Source: Bacillota bacterium
GTDB lineage: Bacteria > Bacillota > DTU030 > DUMP01
Assembly (NCBI GenBank): GCA_030153805.1
Contig: JASKLG010000001.1
Location: 1 to 62,900, forward strand
Reading direction: 5' to 3'
DNA: 62,900 bases
In this document: positions 39,471 to 50,515 of the stretch, piece by piece
How positions within the stretch are numbered: the first letter of the stretch is position 1
How the letters are laid out: every line of letters begins with the position of its first letter
The notes under the pieces: generated by a model
Seen by the model: only the letters and a program-made list of their open reading frames with translations
What the model was told of the DNA's origin: nothing
The model's database searches: none
Made by a program: the position numbers and the translations under genes

Positions 39471-39700
39471 TTAGGGGGCTCCCCGCCACACCGGTCCAGG
39501 CTGAGTCCTCACAACCACAAGCTGCACTTTCGTCCCGGTTACCCTTATGCGGGCGACGCGCAGCTCAAGTCCTTCATCTTCCGTCCTTGGGCCTCGCGTC
39601 TCCCGCACCTCACCAATTTCAAAACCCGCCTGCGCAAGCTTGTTCTCTGCTTCCTTAAGGGGCAGTGCCAAAATGTCAGGAACGGGCACCGGACTCGGAC

Positions 39701-39704
<4 letters not shown>
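39471..39704 (-). CDS. Small single PASTA-like domain protein
   Basis: [21 protein letters not shown] resembles a PASTA N-terminus; ATGA overlap with frr. Confidence 0.7.
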
Positions 39705-41027
<1,323 letters not shown>

Positions 41028-41630
41028 CTATTCTAGCGTTTCGCCAAGCTGGAAGCGTACGAAACGGCGGACAACAATATTCTCTCCGATCCGGGCAATC
41101 TTTTCCGCCAGTAAATCGCGCACCTTCTTGTCCGGGTCCTTAATGAAGGGCTGTTCGAGCAGGCAGTTCTCACTGTAAAACTTCTCCAGCCGGCCTTCCA
41201 CAATCCGGTCGACAACCTTTTCCGGCTTGCCTTCGTTGAGGGCCTGGGCGCGCAAGATTTCTTTTTCTTTTTCGAGCACCTCAGCCGGTACATCTTCACG
41301 CGTTAAGTACTGCGGATTGGCTGCCGCCACCTGCATGGCTATGTCACGGGCGAGCTCTTGAAACTCTGGGGTACGGGCAACGAAGTCCGTTTCGCAGTTT
41401 ACTTCCACGAGAACGCCCAGCTTTCCTCCGAGGTGGATGTAAGATTCGATCACGCCTTCGGCCGCCGTCCGCCCTGCCCGCTTGGCTGCAGCGGCAAGGC
41501 CTTTTTCCCGCAAATACTCGACGGCTTTTTCCATATCGCCGCCCGTTTCCTCCAGGGCGCGCTTGCAGTCCATCATCCCGGCGCCGGTCTTTTCGCGAAG
41601 CGCCTTCACCATTTCAGCCGTAATTGCCAC
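41028..41630 (-). CDS. tsf: Elongation factor Ts (short form)
   Basis: [21 protein letters not shown]. Confidence 0.98.
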   Translation of the reverse strand: MAITAEMVKALREKTGAGMMDCKRALEETGGDMEKAVEYLREKGLAAAAKRAGRTAAEGVIESYIHLGGKLGVLVEVNCETDFVARTPEFQELARDIAMQVAAANPQYLTREDVPAEVLEKEKEILRAQALNEGKPEKVVDRIVEGRLEKFYSENCLLEQPFIKDPDKKVRDLLAEKIARIGENIVVRRFVRFQLGETLE

Positions 41631-41653
41631 TATTCTTACCTCCCTAACATCAT

Positions 41654-41693
41654 AAAAGGTAAGGGCACGCCAGGGTCATGCCCCTTCTTTACC
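41654..41693 (-). terminator. Hairpin between rpsB and tsf (partial terminator/processing site)
   Basis: GGTAA...GGGCATG/CGTGCCC...TTACC followed by TTTT. Confidence 0.5.
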
Positions 41694-41708
41694 CCTACCC
41701 TGCTATCC

Positions 41709-42416
41709 TTACTCAGCCTCAGCAGCTACCTGCTCGCCCTGCTTACCTTCCAGGACGGCATCGGCTATCTTGGAGGTCAAGAGTTTTACCGCCCGGATGG
41801 CGTCGTCGTTGCCCGGAATGATGTAGTCCACTTCATCCGGATCGCAATTGGTGTCTACAATGGCCACAATCGGAATCCCCAGCTTTCGCGCTTCAGCGAC
41901 CGCAATGTGCTCTTTGCGCGGGTCTACCACGTAAAGCGCCTGGGGCAAACCGGGCATATTCTTAATTCCACCCAGGTATTTGTTAAGGCGCTCTTTCTCC
42001 GCCTTGAGCTGCATAACTTCCTTCTTAGGAAGCACATTGAACACGCCTTCTGCTTCCATTTTTTCCAGCTCTTCCAGACGGGCAATGCGCCGCTTGATAG
42101 TCTGGTAGTTGGTAAGCATACCGCCCAACCAGCGCACGTTCACATAATACATTCCGCAGCGCTCGGCTTCTTCTTTAATCGATTCCTGAGCTTGTTTTTT
42201 CGTACCTACGAAAAGAATTGAGCCGCCCTGCGCCGCCAGGTCGCGTACAAAGTTGTACGCTTCCTCCACCTTTTTGACGGTTTTCTGCAGGTCGATAATG
42301 TAAATGCCGTTGCGTTCTGTGAAGATGTACTCCGCCATCTTGGGGTTCCAACGCCGCGTTTGATGCCCGAAGTGAACCCCTGACTCCAAAAGCTGCTTCA
42401 TAGTGATGACTGCCAT
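41709..42416 (-). CDS. rpsB: 30S ribosomal protein S2
   Basis: [33 protein letters not shown]. Confidence 0.99.
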   Translation of the reverse strand: MAVITMKQLLESGVHFGHQTRRWNPKMAEYIFTERNGIYIIDLQKTVKKVEEAYNFVRDLAAQGGSILFVGTKKQAQESIKEEAERCGMYYVNVRWLGGMLTNYQTIKRRIARLEELEKMEAEGVFNVLPKKEVMQLKAEKERLNKYLGGIKNMPGLPQALYVVDPRKEHIAVAEARKLGIPIVAIVDTNCDPDEVDYIIPGNDDAIRAVKLLTSKIADAVLEGKQGEQVAAEAE

Positions 42417-42429
42417 TTTTCAACCTCCC

Positions 42430-42510
42430 AGTTCTTCCTCCGCTCCTTTCTTTCCCGGCCAGAACCTCACGGCACCACCGGCCAAGTCCAGGAGCGTGTG
42501 TAGTTAACCG
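42430..42510 (-). promoter_or_regulatory. S2 autoregulatory leader (t44-like RNA)
   Basis: ACACACGCTCC...GGTGGTGC...GGAGCGGAGG structure in the rpsB 5' UTR. Confidence 0.75.
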
Positions 42511-42515
42511 GCAGT

Positions 42516-42544
42516 AGTATACCATACATTGCCGGGTATAGCAA
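42516..42544 (-). promoter_or_regulatory. sigmaA promoter of rpsB
   Basis: TTGCTA-N17-TATACT with a TGn extension. Confidence 0.7.
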
Positions 42545-42558
42545 TATCGCTTAAGCCG

Positions 42559-43080
42559 TCACTCCATGACTATCCTAACCGGCACCGTGAACGGGCCGAA
42601 CAAACACAGCCTTAATGTTCTACCGTCTAGGTCCCGGTGCAGGGCCTGGGCAATAACGTCTTCCAAAGGGGCCTTCCCGGCCGGGGAAACAAGTTGGGCC
42701 GCCATTCCGCTGAGTACCCGGCCAACTGTTTCATCTACAAGTCCTACTAGGTACGTCTCCAGGCCGCCTAAGGATTCCGGCGGCACCGTAATGCTCACGC
42801 CGTAAAACTCCATCTTGGCAGCTCCCAGACGCCGCCGGAGTTCCGGGCGGACCAGATCCGGTACCATGCTTCGTGCCTGGCTCAAAATAGACGGCAGGTT
42901 TTCCCTCAGTTCGTTCTGAGCCTGGATGCTGAGCGTTTGAGCGATGGAAGTCCCTGGAACACGCACAGTTACACCGCGCGACAAAACGATAGCCAAAACG
43001 ACCACAGCTAAGCCAAGTCCCAACCCCAGGCCGAAAAAGACTCCGCGGTAAAAGATCCCTCTGGTTTCACACCCCGGCAC
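42559..43080 (-). CDS. Hypothetical membrane-anchored protein
   Basis: N-terminal TM helix; GTG 43080 behind AGGAGG. Confidence 0.75.
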   Translation of the reverse strand: MPGCETRGIFYRGVFFGLGLGLGLAVVVLAIVLSRGVTVRVPGTSIAQTLSIQAQNELRENLPSILSQARSMVPDLVRPELRRRLGAAKMEFYGVSITVPPESLGGLETYLVGLVDETVGRVLSGMAAQLVSPAGKAPLEDVIAQALHRDLDGRTLRLCLFGPFTVPVRIVME

Positions 43081-43097
43081 GCCAACCACCTCCTGGT

Positions 43098-43127
43098 ATA
43101 TTATGCCTGCCGGGGCGGGCATTATTA
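43098..43127 (-). promoter_or_regulatory. Candidate sigmaE/sigmaK promoter
   Basis: TAATAAT-N15-CATAATAT directly above the RBS of 42559-43080. Confidence 0.45.
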
Positions 43128-43562
43128 CGTTTGGCGCCTTTCGATCTCTGACCTGAGGTTAAGTATTAACTCCACCTCTCCCCGACCCAAGCCGAGGCTT
43201 TGGGCAATTGCTGCCACATCTTCTCCGGCGCCTGCCATAGTCAGCACCTTTTTTTCGGCTTCGGTTATGGGTGAAGGCGGGCATTCATCAGGGACTAAAT
43301 ATCGGCCGGAAATGGCGCCACCTCGCTCCGAAGTCGGGGATAACACTTCTTTTCTGACTTCTGCCAGCAGCTTTTCTAAACGTAGCCGCTCTTTGATCAC
43401 TGCATCGGTAGCCTCGGCTGCAGCCTGGGTGAGTTCGGAAAGAAGGGCTTCTGCACTACTCCTGAACTCTTCCACGTCCTTCCTTCTGGCCTGGCGCCAG
43501 GCCAGGAAGCCGCCGGCATAGCCGGCCACAACAGCCAGTATTGCCAGAACGGGCAATGGCAT
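43125..43562 (-). CDS. TM / coiled-coil / C-terminal HTH protein (DUF6115/SwrB-like)
   Basis: N-terminal TM and C-terminal IAQSLGLGRGEVELILNL; last position of the fla/che operon. Confidence 0.75.
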   Translation of the reverse strand: MPLPVLAILAVVAGYAGGFLAWRQARRKDVEEFRSSAEALLSELTQAAAEATDAVIKERLRLEKLLAEVRKEVLSPTSERGGAISGRYLVPDECPPSPITEAEKKVLTMAGAGEDVAAIAQSLGLGRGEVELILNLRSEIERRQT

Positions 43563-43612
43563 TCGCTCTCGCCTCCTTCTCACCCGTTCTCAGCCCGCTG
43601 ATGCGGGCAACA

Positions 43613-43960
43613 TTAAGTCCGCACATCCAAGCGGCGCCCTGGCTCGCCCTCAGGACCGGCCGGTGTCTCTTTTTTCTCCGGCGATGGGCGGCGCTTTTCC
43701 CGGCGGCCTTCCGAACTTGACTGCCTGTTTTTCTGCAACAGGTTGTCCACCCTTTGCTCCGCCGGCTTCGGTGTTTCGGCTACCGCCCGCCGCCTCTCTT
43801 CCAACAGTTGAGTAAATTGGGCGGAAAAACGTTCTTGGGCCTGCCCTTCATCCCCCCTGCGTTGTACGCGGCCCACCTCCTCGAGCCGCGGAACCATTAA
43901 TTGTAGATCGACACCCCTTACCCCACTCCCCTCACCCTCTTTCTGCTTCTTTCGAAGCAC
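43613..43960 (-). CDS. Hypothetical flagellar-operon protein
   Basis: VDLQLMVPR...GRRLDVRT pattern recalled from small proteins downstream of fliA. Start uncertain. Confidence 0.65.
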   Translation of the reverse strand: MLRKKQKEGEGSGVRGVDLQLMVPRLEEVGRVQRRGDEGQAQERFSAQFTQLLEERRRAVAETPKPAEQRVDNLLQKNRQSSSEGRREKRRPSPEKKETPAGPEGEPGRRLDVRT

Positions 43961-44752
43961 CTAGAATCCGATCTTCCGGGTGCGTTCGGCCAGTTCGAGC
44001 TCCTCTTGGTAAAGGCCTAGTTTACCGCGAAGCCGAAGAAGCGCCCGGGTATGTAGCTGGGACACGCGCGATTCAGTTACTTTAAGTACCTGGGCGATTT
44101 CCTTAATATTTAGGTCTTCATAGTAATAAAGCGCAACGACGAGCTTTTCCTTTTCGGGGAGCTCGCGGATGGCTGCGGCCAAAAGGCGCTTCTTCTCCTC
44201 TTTCTCCAGCGCCAAAACGGGGTCCCCATGCTCTGAGGCAATTCTGTCCCCCAGCGTAATTTCTTCTCCTTCTTCCGGTCCCTTAAGGGTGGCATCGAGT
44301 GAAAGATGTACCGCCTGGCTCACCTCGCGTTCCAGGGTCCTGAGCTCTTGTAAAGTCACCCCGAGCTCCTGGCATACTTCACGTGCCGTTGCCGGACGCC
44401 CTAACCTGCGCTCGAGGATGGCATAAGCCTGGGATAAACGGCGCTCCTGCTGGCGGAGTGAACGCGGTGCCCAATCGGCTGCCCTCAGGCTGTCAAGAAT
44501 TGCCCCCCGGATGCGGGGAGTGGCAAAGGTCTCGAATTTGATTCCCCGTTCCGGTTGAAAACGTTCGATGGCAGCGAGCAGCCCGAAGACACCGTTACCA
44601 ACTAAATCTTCGAATTCCACATGCGCCGGCAAGACAAGGCGCAACCTCGCTGCCACATGTTTAACCAGCGGTGCATACAGCTCTACCAGTTTTTCCCAGG
44701 CCGCCTGGTCCCGGGTCTCCCGGTATCGCCGCCAGAGATTGCCTTCGTCCAC
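43961..44752 (-). CDS. fliA: Flagellar sigma factor FliA/SigD
   Basis: YAPLVKHVA, KFETFA...RIRGAILD, DWAPRS, TESRVSQLH. Confidence 0.95.
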   Translation of the reverse strand: MDEGNLWRRYRETRDQAAWEKLVELYAPLVKHVAARLRLVLPAHVEFEDLVGNGVFGLLAAIERFQPERGIKFETFATPRIRGAILDSLRAADWAPRSLRQQERRLSQAYAILERRLGRPATAREVCQELGVTLQELRTLEREVSQAVHLSLDATLKGPEEGEEITLGDRIASEHGDPVLALEKEEKKRLLAAAIRELPEKEKLVVALYYYEDLNIKEIAQVLKVTESRVSQLHTRALLRLRGKLGLYQEELELAERTRKIGF

Positions 44753-44780
44753 CAGCGTCACTCCTTCCTTTAAGAAAGGC

Positions 44781-45263
44781 TTACAGCCGCTTTTCCCCAT
44801 GAGCAATGGTCTTTACTCTGAGCTCGCCGGTGCTTGTATCCAGTTCAATCGTCCGCCCCCAGCTGCCGCCGGTATCCTGAGCTACCACCCGTATCCCGGC
44901 CGCTCGGAGCCAATTGAGTACCGCTTCAGTGTTGCGTTCCCCGATGCGCATCATCTCAGTAGGTTGGGCCAGCCGGAACATCTGAGCCCCACCCGCAATC
45001 TTAGCCGTAAGCCGGCGCGGATTAGCTCCTAACTCCTCCATCTTCTTTACCAGCAAGGGAAGAGCGGTATCGGCAAACTTGGCCGGATTGGTTACCGCCA
45101 GTCCGTTCGCCTCAGGTAGCATGATGTGTGCCAAGCCGCCCACCTTGGTCTGGTCATCGTAGAGAGCCACCCCAACGCACGACCCTAAACCGATGGTCAC
45201 CAGCACCACCGGCTCTTTCCCTACCGCCAGATCGGCCATCCCTACCCGGCGTACCTCACCCAC
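44781..45263 (-). CDS. cheD: Chemoreceptor glutamine deamidase
   Basis: TIGLGSCVG, AHIMLP, KIAGGAQMF. Confidence 0.96.
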   Translation of the reverse strand: MGEVRRVGMADLAVGKEPVVLVTIGLGSCVGVALYDDQTKVGGLAHIMLPEANGLAVTNPAKFADTALPLLVKKMEELGANPRRLTAKIAGGAQMFRLAQPTEMMRIGERNTEAVLNWLRAAGIRVVAQDTGGSWGRTIELDTSTGELRVKTIAHGEKRL

Positions 45264-45872
45264 TTACCCCACCCCCAGGGCGCGGAAGATGGCATTTAGG
45301 GAGGGAGGCTCAGGGACTAGGAAGAAATAGCCGGTTACCTCTTGTCCTTCCGCCCGGAATTCAGTTTCTATGAGGAGAACCTGATCCGCCACCTGCCCAA
45401 ATTCCGCCAGCACGTAATCCAGTACCGCGCCGGCCATATCTACGGCCAGGGCGGGCACGGTGGGTCGAAAGCCCAAATTGGTAAAGGCATTAAGGGAGTT
45501 GAGATACGCGCCGGTCAAGATGTTGCCGGTCTCCTGCAGGGCAGACTGCTCCAGTTCGTCCAGAGCGGAAGTTGTCCCCGGAGAACGCCCCAGCATGATA
45601 TCGAGCAGCGTGTAAGCCTGGCTGAGCGGGAGGGCGAAAAGAATGGTCGCCGGCGCCTCTCCTTCCACCCCGAGCAGGATCCCGGCAACCGGTTTCTCCG
45701 GTCCGCCCAAGCGAGCGGCCACTTCATCCAGCGGGACCCAGAGAACGTCGGGAACTTCCATATGAATAGGGCGTCCAACGAGCTGGGCCAGGGCGGTTGC
45801 CGCGTTGCCGGCGCCGATATTGCCCACTTCCCGTAAGACATCATAATGAAACTCGGATAGACCCTCGGTCAC
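45264..45872 (-). CDS. cheC: CheY-P phosphatase CheC
   Basis: Two ExxN motifs: REVGNIG and QETGNIL. Confidence 0.95.
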   Translation of the reverse strand: MTEGLSEFHYDVLREVGNIGAGNAATALAQLVGRPIHMEVPDVLWVPLDEVAARLGGPEKPVAGILLGVEGEAPATILFALPLSQAYTLLDIMLGRSPGTTSALDELEQSALQETGNILTGAYLNSLNAFTNLGFRPTVPALAVDMAGAVLDYVLAEFGQVADQVLLIETEFRAEGQEVTGYFFLVPEPPSLNAIFRALGVG

Positions 45873-46357
45873 CGGCCGGCACCTGCCTCCGCCACCTTAT
45901 TCTGAAACTCCTGGGCAGCTGCCACTTCTTCGAGGCCGAGGATGCGATCCATGTCGAGAAGGATCAGCAGGCGATCGTCCAGCCGTCCGATTCCCTCCAG
46001 AAAATTGGTGTCAATTCCTGCTACCAGGGGCGGAGGAGGAGAAATGGCTGTCTCTTCCAAGGTAAGTACCTCGGAAACAGAATCCACCATGATCCCCAGG
46101 GTAATATCGTGTACAGTGACAATGACAATCCGGCTTTCAGGGCCCGGCTCGAAGGCTCCCAAACCAAATCGTTTGTGCAGGTCGATTACGGGAATGATGT
46201 TGCCCCGCAGGTTGATTACGCCCTCGACGAAAGCAGGCGCATTAGGTACTCGGGTAATTTCGGTTAGACGTTTGATCTCCTGTACCTGCAGGATATCTAC
46301 ACCATATTCCTCCCGTCCCAATGTAAACACAACAAGCTGCCGTTCTTTGCGCTGCAT
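45869..46357 (-). CDS. cheW: Chemotaxis adaptor CheW
   Basis: EEYGVDI, GVINLRGNIIPVIDL. ATG 46357 behind GAGGAGG. Confidence 0.96.
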   Translation of the reverse strand: MQRKERQLVVFTLGREEYGVDILQVQEIKRLTEITRVPNAPAFVEGVINLRGNIIPVIDLHKRFGLGAFEPGPESRIVIVTVHDITLGIMVDSVSEVLTLEETAISPPPPLVAGIDTNFLEGIGRLDDRLLILLDMDRILGLEEVAAAQEFQNKVAEAGAGR

Positions 46358-46385
46358 GTTCTTTCCTCCTCGTATATTTAAGCTC

Positions 46386-48389
46386 TTAAGAAGCAATTCG
46401 CCGCCTGTCCATCTGATTCTCCGCCAGGCCCAATACCCCATCCGTGTCCAGAATGAGAACTACGCGGCCGTCGCCGAGGATAGTTGCCCCTGCGATTCCG
46501 GGTACGTTAGCCAGGAAACGCCCCAGAGATTTGATAACGATCTCCCGCTGTCCCACAAGCCCATCTACCACCAGACCGGCCCGCTCCGCGCCGCGAACCA
46601 CCACCACCGGGATCTCTCCCCCTTCATCCCGCTCCGCAGTTTCCCCTCCGAGCAGGGTCCCCAGGTTTACCAGGGGTACCACTTCCCCACGCAGGAGAAG
46701 TACGTCGCGCCCTCTCACCTTCTTTAGGTCGGAGGTGCTGGCCACTTGAATCTCTTCCACATTTTCCAGGGGCAGGGCATACGTCTCGTTGCCACATTTT
46801 ATGAGTAGGGCTTGGATGATGGCTAAAGTAAGCGGCAACCGAATCGCAAACCTGGTACCTTGCCCGGGCCGGCTCGTTACTTCGATGCTACCCCCTAAAG
46901 ATTCGATCTTGCTCTGCACCACGTCCAGCCCTACGCCCCGGCCGGAGACATCGGTAATGCGCGCAGCCGTGGAGAAGCCCGGCATGAAGAGAAGCCGGTA
47001 AATCTCCTTCTCGGACAGGGCTTTCGCCTCCTGCGCTGTGATGAGGCCGCGCTCCTCAGCCTTGGCCAGAACGGCCTGGCAGTCGATGCCTTCACCGTCG
47101 TCCTCTACAGCAATGAGAACGTGATTGCCTTCATAACAAGCCGACAGGCGCACGTGGCCTGTGGCCTCTTTGCCGCGCCGCTCTCTTACCGCGGGCGGCT
47201 CAATGCCGTGGTCTACCGCATTGCGCAAGAGGTGAACCAGCGGGTCGCCGATTTCGTCGATGACGCTGCGGTCGAGTTCGGTGTCTTCGCCTTCAATCAC
47301 AAACTCTACCTGGCGTCCTAGCTCGCGGGCCAGGTCGCGCACCATGCGCGGAAACCGGCTGAAGACCTGGGCGAGAGGTACCATGCGGGCCTTCATTACC
47401 GCATCCTGCAAGCCGCCCGCCACGCGCGTGAGCGCTTTTAACGTCTCTTCCACCTCAGAAGAAGAGCCGGAAAGAAGCTGCTCCAGCCTGGTCTTGGTAA
47501 TTACGAGCTCGCCTACCAGGTTCATGAGGCTATCGAGCCGCTGAATGTCAATGCGCACGGTTTGTGTGCTGAGGTGCCGCTGTTTTTCCTTTCCGTTCGC
47601 TCGCCGGGAAGGCATTGCATCAGGTGTCCTGGCTTCCGCCGAAGTCTTCAGTGCGACAGGACGTATTTCTACCCTGGCCACATCGCTCACGCCATTCAAG
47701 AGGGCTTCCAGGGCGTCTGGGGTTTCGCGGGTGAGAACGAGAAGGCGGAAGCTATCTCCAAACTTTTCTTCTTCCAGGTCTTCCACGGGAGGTTCCGCCC
47801 GCAGAACCTCTCCCTTCCCTTCCAGCTTTTTAAAGACAAGGAAGGCCCGCACACTTTTCATAACGCAGTCGGGAGCGAGATAGATGGTGACGAAGAACGC
47901 CGAAAATCCTTGGGGTTCTGCTTCTTGAATTACCCGCGCTTCAAAGGCACTGAGGTCGGTCGCGAACGGCTCGACTGTTTGAATCCCTTCCGGCACCTTG
48001 TTCATTTCAGCCCAGCGGGAAAGTTCCGGCAGAATGTCCTCCAGGGAGGCGACAGGTGGCTCGTCACTGGCCTGCGTTACAGAAAGCACCTCCTCCAGCC
48101 TATCCACCGCCCTGAACAAGAGGTCGGAAAGCTCAGGTGTTACTGTCAGAACACCACTCCGGACGCGGTCCAAAACGTCCTCCAGGCGGTGTGTAAGAGC
48201 AGTGATGGTTTGGAATCCCATGGTTGCTGCCATACCCTTGATGGTATGGGCTGCCCGGAAAACGGTATTGATGGCATCTTGGGCGGTGGGGTCTTTTTCT
48301 AAAGTAAGAAGCCCTTCGTTAAGCTCCTGTAGATGTTCCTCAGCCTCCGCAAAGAATACCTCGCGGTAGCGGGCGAAATCATTTGCCAC
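46386..48389 (-). CDS. cheA: Chemotaxis histidine kinase CheA
   Basis: Hpt FRAAHTIKG, P2 domain, HLLRNAVDHG, SGRGVGLDVV, CheW-like P5. Confidence 0.97.
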   Translation of the reverse strand: MANDFARYREVFFAEAEEHLQELNEGLLTLEKDPTAQDAINTVFRAAHTIKGMAATMGFQTITALTHRLEDVLDRVRSGVLTVTPELSDLLFRAVDRLEEVLSVTQASDEPPVASLEDILPELSRWAEMNKVPEGIQTVEPFATDLSAFEARVIQEAEPQGFSAFFVTIYLAPDCVMKSVRAFLVFKKLEGKGEVLRAEPPVEDLEEEKFGDSFRLLVLTRETPDALEALLNGVSDVARVEIRPVALKTSAEARTPDAMPSRRANGKEKQRHLSTQTVRIDIQRLDSLMNLVGELVITKTRLEQLLSGSSSEVEETLKALTRVAGGLQDAVMKARMVPLAQVFSRFPRMVRDLARELGRQVEFVIEGEDTELDRSVIDEIGDPLVHLLRNAVDHGIEPPAVRERRGKEATGHVRLSACYEGNHVLIAVEDDGEGIDCQAVLAKAEERGLITAQEAKALSEKEIYRLLFMPGFSTAARITDVSGRGVGLDVVQSKIESLGGSIEVTSRPGQGTRFAIRLPLTLAIIQALLIKCGNETYALPLENVEEIQVASTSDLKKVRGRDVLLLRGEVVPLVNLGTLLGGETAERDEGGEIPVVVVRGAERAGLVVDGLVGQREIVIKSLGRFLANVPGIAGATILGDGRVVLILDTDGVLGLAENQMDRRRIAS

Positions 48390-48414
48390 ATGCCTCACCT
48401 CGCAAATTATCGTG

Positions 48415-49005
48415 TTATTTGTTTAAAGGCGCGCGCACGGCAGCTTCGATGGCACGGGCCAAATCGGGAAGGGGAAGGAGTTCGGCCAAAGCTCCCTTTT
48501 CCCAGGCCGCCCGCGGCATGCCGAAAACAACGCACGTCTCCTCTGCTTCGCCTAAAGTAAGTCCGCCGGCCGCCTTGAGCTTCAAAAGGCCCTGCGTGCC
48601 GTCGCTCCCCATGCCGGTAAGAACCACGCCTATTCCCAACCGGCCACAGGCCGTCGCCATCGAAGCAAAAAGGGGATCAGCCGAAGGGCGGTGCCCGCTC
48701 ACGGGAGGAGCCGAATCCAACCTGGCTATCCAGTGCACGGGAGGCGAACCGAAGCCTTCGACCAGAAGATGGGTATCTCCCGGCGCGACAAGGAGAACTC
48801 CGGGGGAAAGTCTCTCACCGTCTTCGGCCACGTGGGCCGGCCAACCCGTCACCGCCGCCAGCCGCCCGGCAAAGGAGGGGACGAACTCGGGTGGGAGATG
48901 CTGGACTATGAGGAAGGCCGCCGGAAGATCAGGTGAAAGCAACTGGAAAAGACGGGTGAGGGCCCGCGGTCCCCCGGTTGAAGCAGCTACGCCCACAATT
49001 TTCAT
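48415..49005 (-). CDS. cheB: CheB methylesterase domain only (no receiver)
   Basis: ASTGGP, VQHL, HRPSAD, LTGMGSDG, VVFGMP. Confidence 0.92.
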   Translation of the reverse strand: MKIVGVAASTGGPRALTRLFQLLSPDLPAAFLIVQHLPPEFVPSFAGRLAAVTGWPAHVAEDGERLSPGVLLVAPGDTHLLVEGFGSPPVHWIARLDSAPPVSGHRPSADPLFASMATACGRLGIGVVLTGMGSDGTQGLLKLKAAGGLTLGEAEETCVVFGMPRAAWEKGALAELLPLPDLARAIEAAVRAPLNK

Positions 49006-49646
49006 AGGAGGCCTCTTTGGCGCAGTTCGCGCTGTCGCTCGAAAATAAACTTAACGATTTTGTCCTGGTCCCGCGGGCTGATGGCCGTGAACTCCACTCC
49101 GAGGTATACCGTGCGTTGAGGAACCTTCCCTTCAATAACGCGCCTCACTTTGGCTTCACAGGAGATCTTTTCATCCGGCAGTGAAATGGTAAGTTCCAGC
49201 GGCGTTTCCAGTCTCAACCTGCACGGAAAGACTAGAAGGGCTCCGCCGCCGCTGATGTCCAGGGTGGTAGTTTTAACCTCTTCTGGAATCTTCTCCGGTA
49301 CTCCGTCAACTTCCTCCAACACGCGCACGACAACGGGCAGATTGGCTTCTAAACGGACAAAGCTACGCCGCTGTACCTTTTCGAATACTTCCGGCCTCTT
49401 TACGATAAGAAGAGGGTCGGGAAAAAACTTTCGCGCCACCACCTCGCTGGAAAAAGCTATCATTCCGGCGTAAACCCGCACCGTCTCACCGATGCCAAAC
49501 GAAACAAGATAACCACCTGAAAGCGGCGCGGCCAAGCTGATGGTATCCTCATCTATGGCCACAATATAAGAAGAGTAGATTTCCCGCCGGTCGTCTCTGG
49601 TCTTTTCAATTTCTACCTTTTGATTGAGTCGCAAATCCGTCGACAT
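49002..49646 (-). CDS. PilZ-domain c-di-GMP flagellar brake (YcgR/MotI-like)
   Basis: QRRSFVR (RxxxR) and DISGGG (DxSxxG) motifs. ATG 49646 behind AGGAGG. Confidence 0.92.
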   Translation of the reverse strand: MSTDLRLNQKVEIEKTRDDRREIYSSYIVAIDEDTISLAAPLSGGYLVSFGIGETVRVYAGMIAFSSEVVARKFFPDPLLIVKRPEVFEKVQRRSFVRLEANLPVVVRVLEEVDGVPEKIPEEVKTTTLDISGGGALLVFPCRLRLETPLELTISLPDEKISCEAKVRRVIEGKVPQRTVYLGVEFTAISPRDQDKIVKFIFERQRELRQRGLL

Positions 49647-49657
49647 GCCACCGCCTC

Positions 49658-50515
49658 CTAACGGAACAAGAAGCGCAGGCGACCGAGAAAACCGGGCAGA
49701 CCGTCTCTCGCAGGCAGGACAGGGCAACCGGAAAGGGCAGCGGCAATTTGGCGAAATTCCTGGGCCGCCGGTGCTCCCGGGTAGGAACACATGAGAGGTT
49801 CCTGCCTGGCTACAGAAGAACGGACGGCGTTGTCCTCAGGTATGCTGCCCAGGTGGTTCAGCTTGGCGTCCAAGAACTCTTCGGCGACGCGTTTGAGGTT
49901 TTCGGCCACGCGTTCCCCTTCGGCCCGGTTGGCCACACGGTTTACCACAAGGTGTAGAGTAATGTGCGGGTTGCGGCGGAAGAGCACTTTAATGAGAGCG
50001 TAGGCATCAGTTAATGACGTCGGTTCGGGCGTAGTAATGACCACAACCTCCTGCGCCGCCAGCGCCAGTCTGATTACCGGGCGTGCAATGCCGGCTCCCG
50101 TATCAATGAGAAAGAAATCGCTTTCGAGCCCGGCCGCCTCCTCTACCAACCGTCTCAGTTCATTATCCGGTAGGTCCACCAGTTCTTCCAACCCGCTGCA
50201 CCCGGCAACCACATTCAGCCCACGGGCGAGGCAGACGATTTCCGGCAGGGTTTTCTCCCGCCGCGCCACATGGGCTAGAGTATAGGTAGGGGTAATCCCC
50301 AAAACCACATCTACGTTGGCCAAGCCCAAATCAGCATCGAGGATAGTAACGGTTTTTCCCAGTTCCCGGAGCGCCAAGCCCAGGTTAACCGCAAAATTAG
50401 TCTTGCCTACCCCTCCTTTGCCGCTGGCCACGGCGATGACTCGTCCGGCCGGTTTCAGTTGCCTTCTTTCCCACTTTCTGGCGAGCTCGCGCAGACGTTC
50501 GGCTTGGTCAGGCAT
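49658..50515 (-). CDS. flhG: MinD-like ATPase FlhG
   Basis: DQAERLR, SGKGGVGKT, DADLGLAN. Confidence 0.95.
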   Translation of the reverse strand: MPDQAERLRELARKWERRQLKPAGRVIAVASGKGGVGKTNFAVNLGLALRELGKTVTILDADLGLANVDVVLGITPTYTLAHVARREKTLPEIVCLARGLNVVAGCSGLEELVDLPDNELRRLVEEAAGLESDFFLIDTGAGIARPVIRLALAAQEVVVITTPEPTSLTDAYALIKVLFRRNPHITLHLVVNRVANRAEGERVAENLKRVAEEFLDAKLNHLGSIPEDNAVRSSVARQEPLMCSYPGAPAAQEFRQIAAALSGCPVLPARDGLPGFLGRLRFLFR

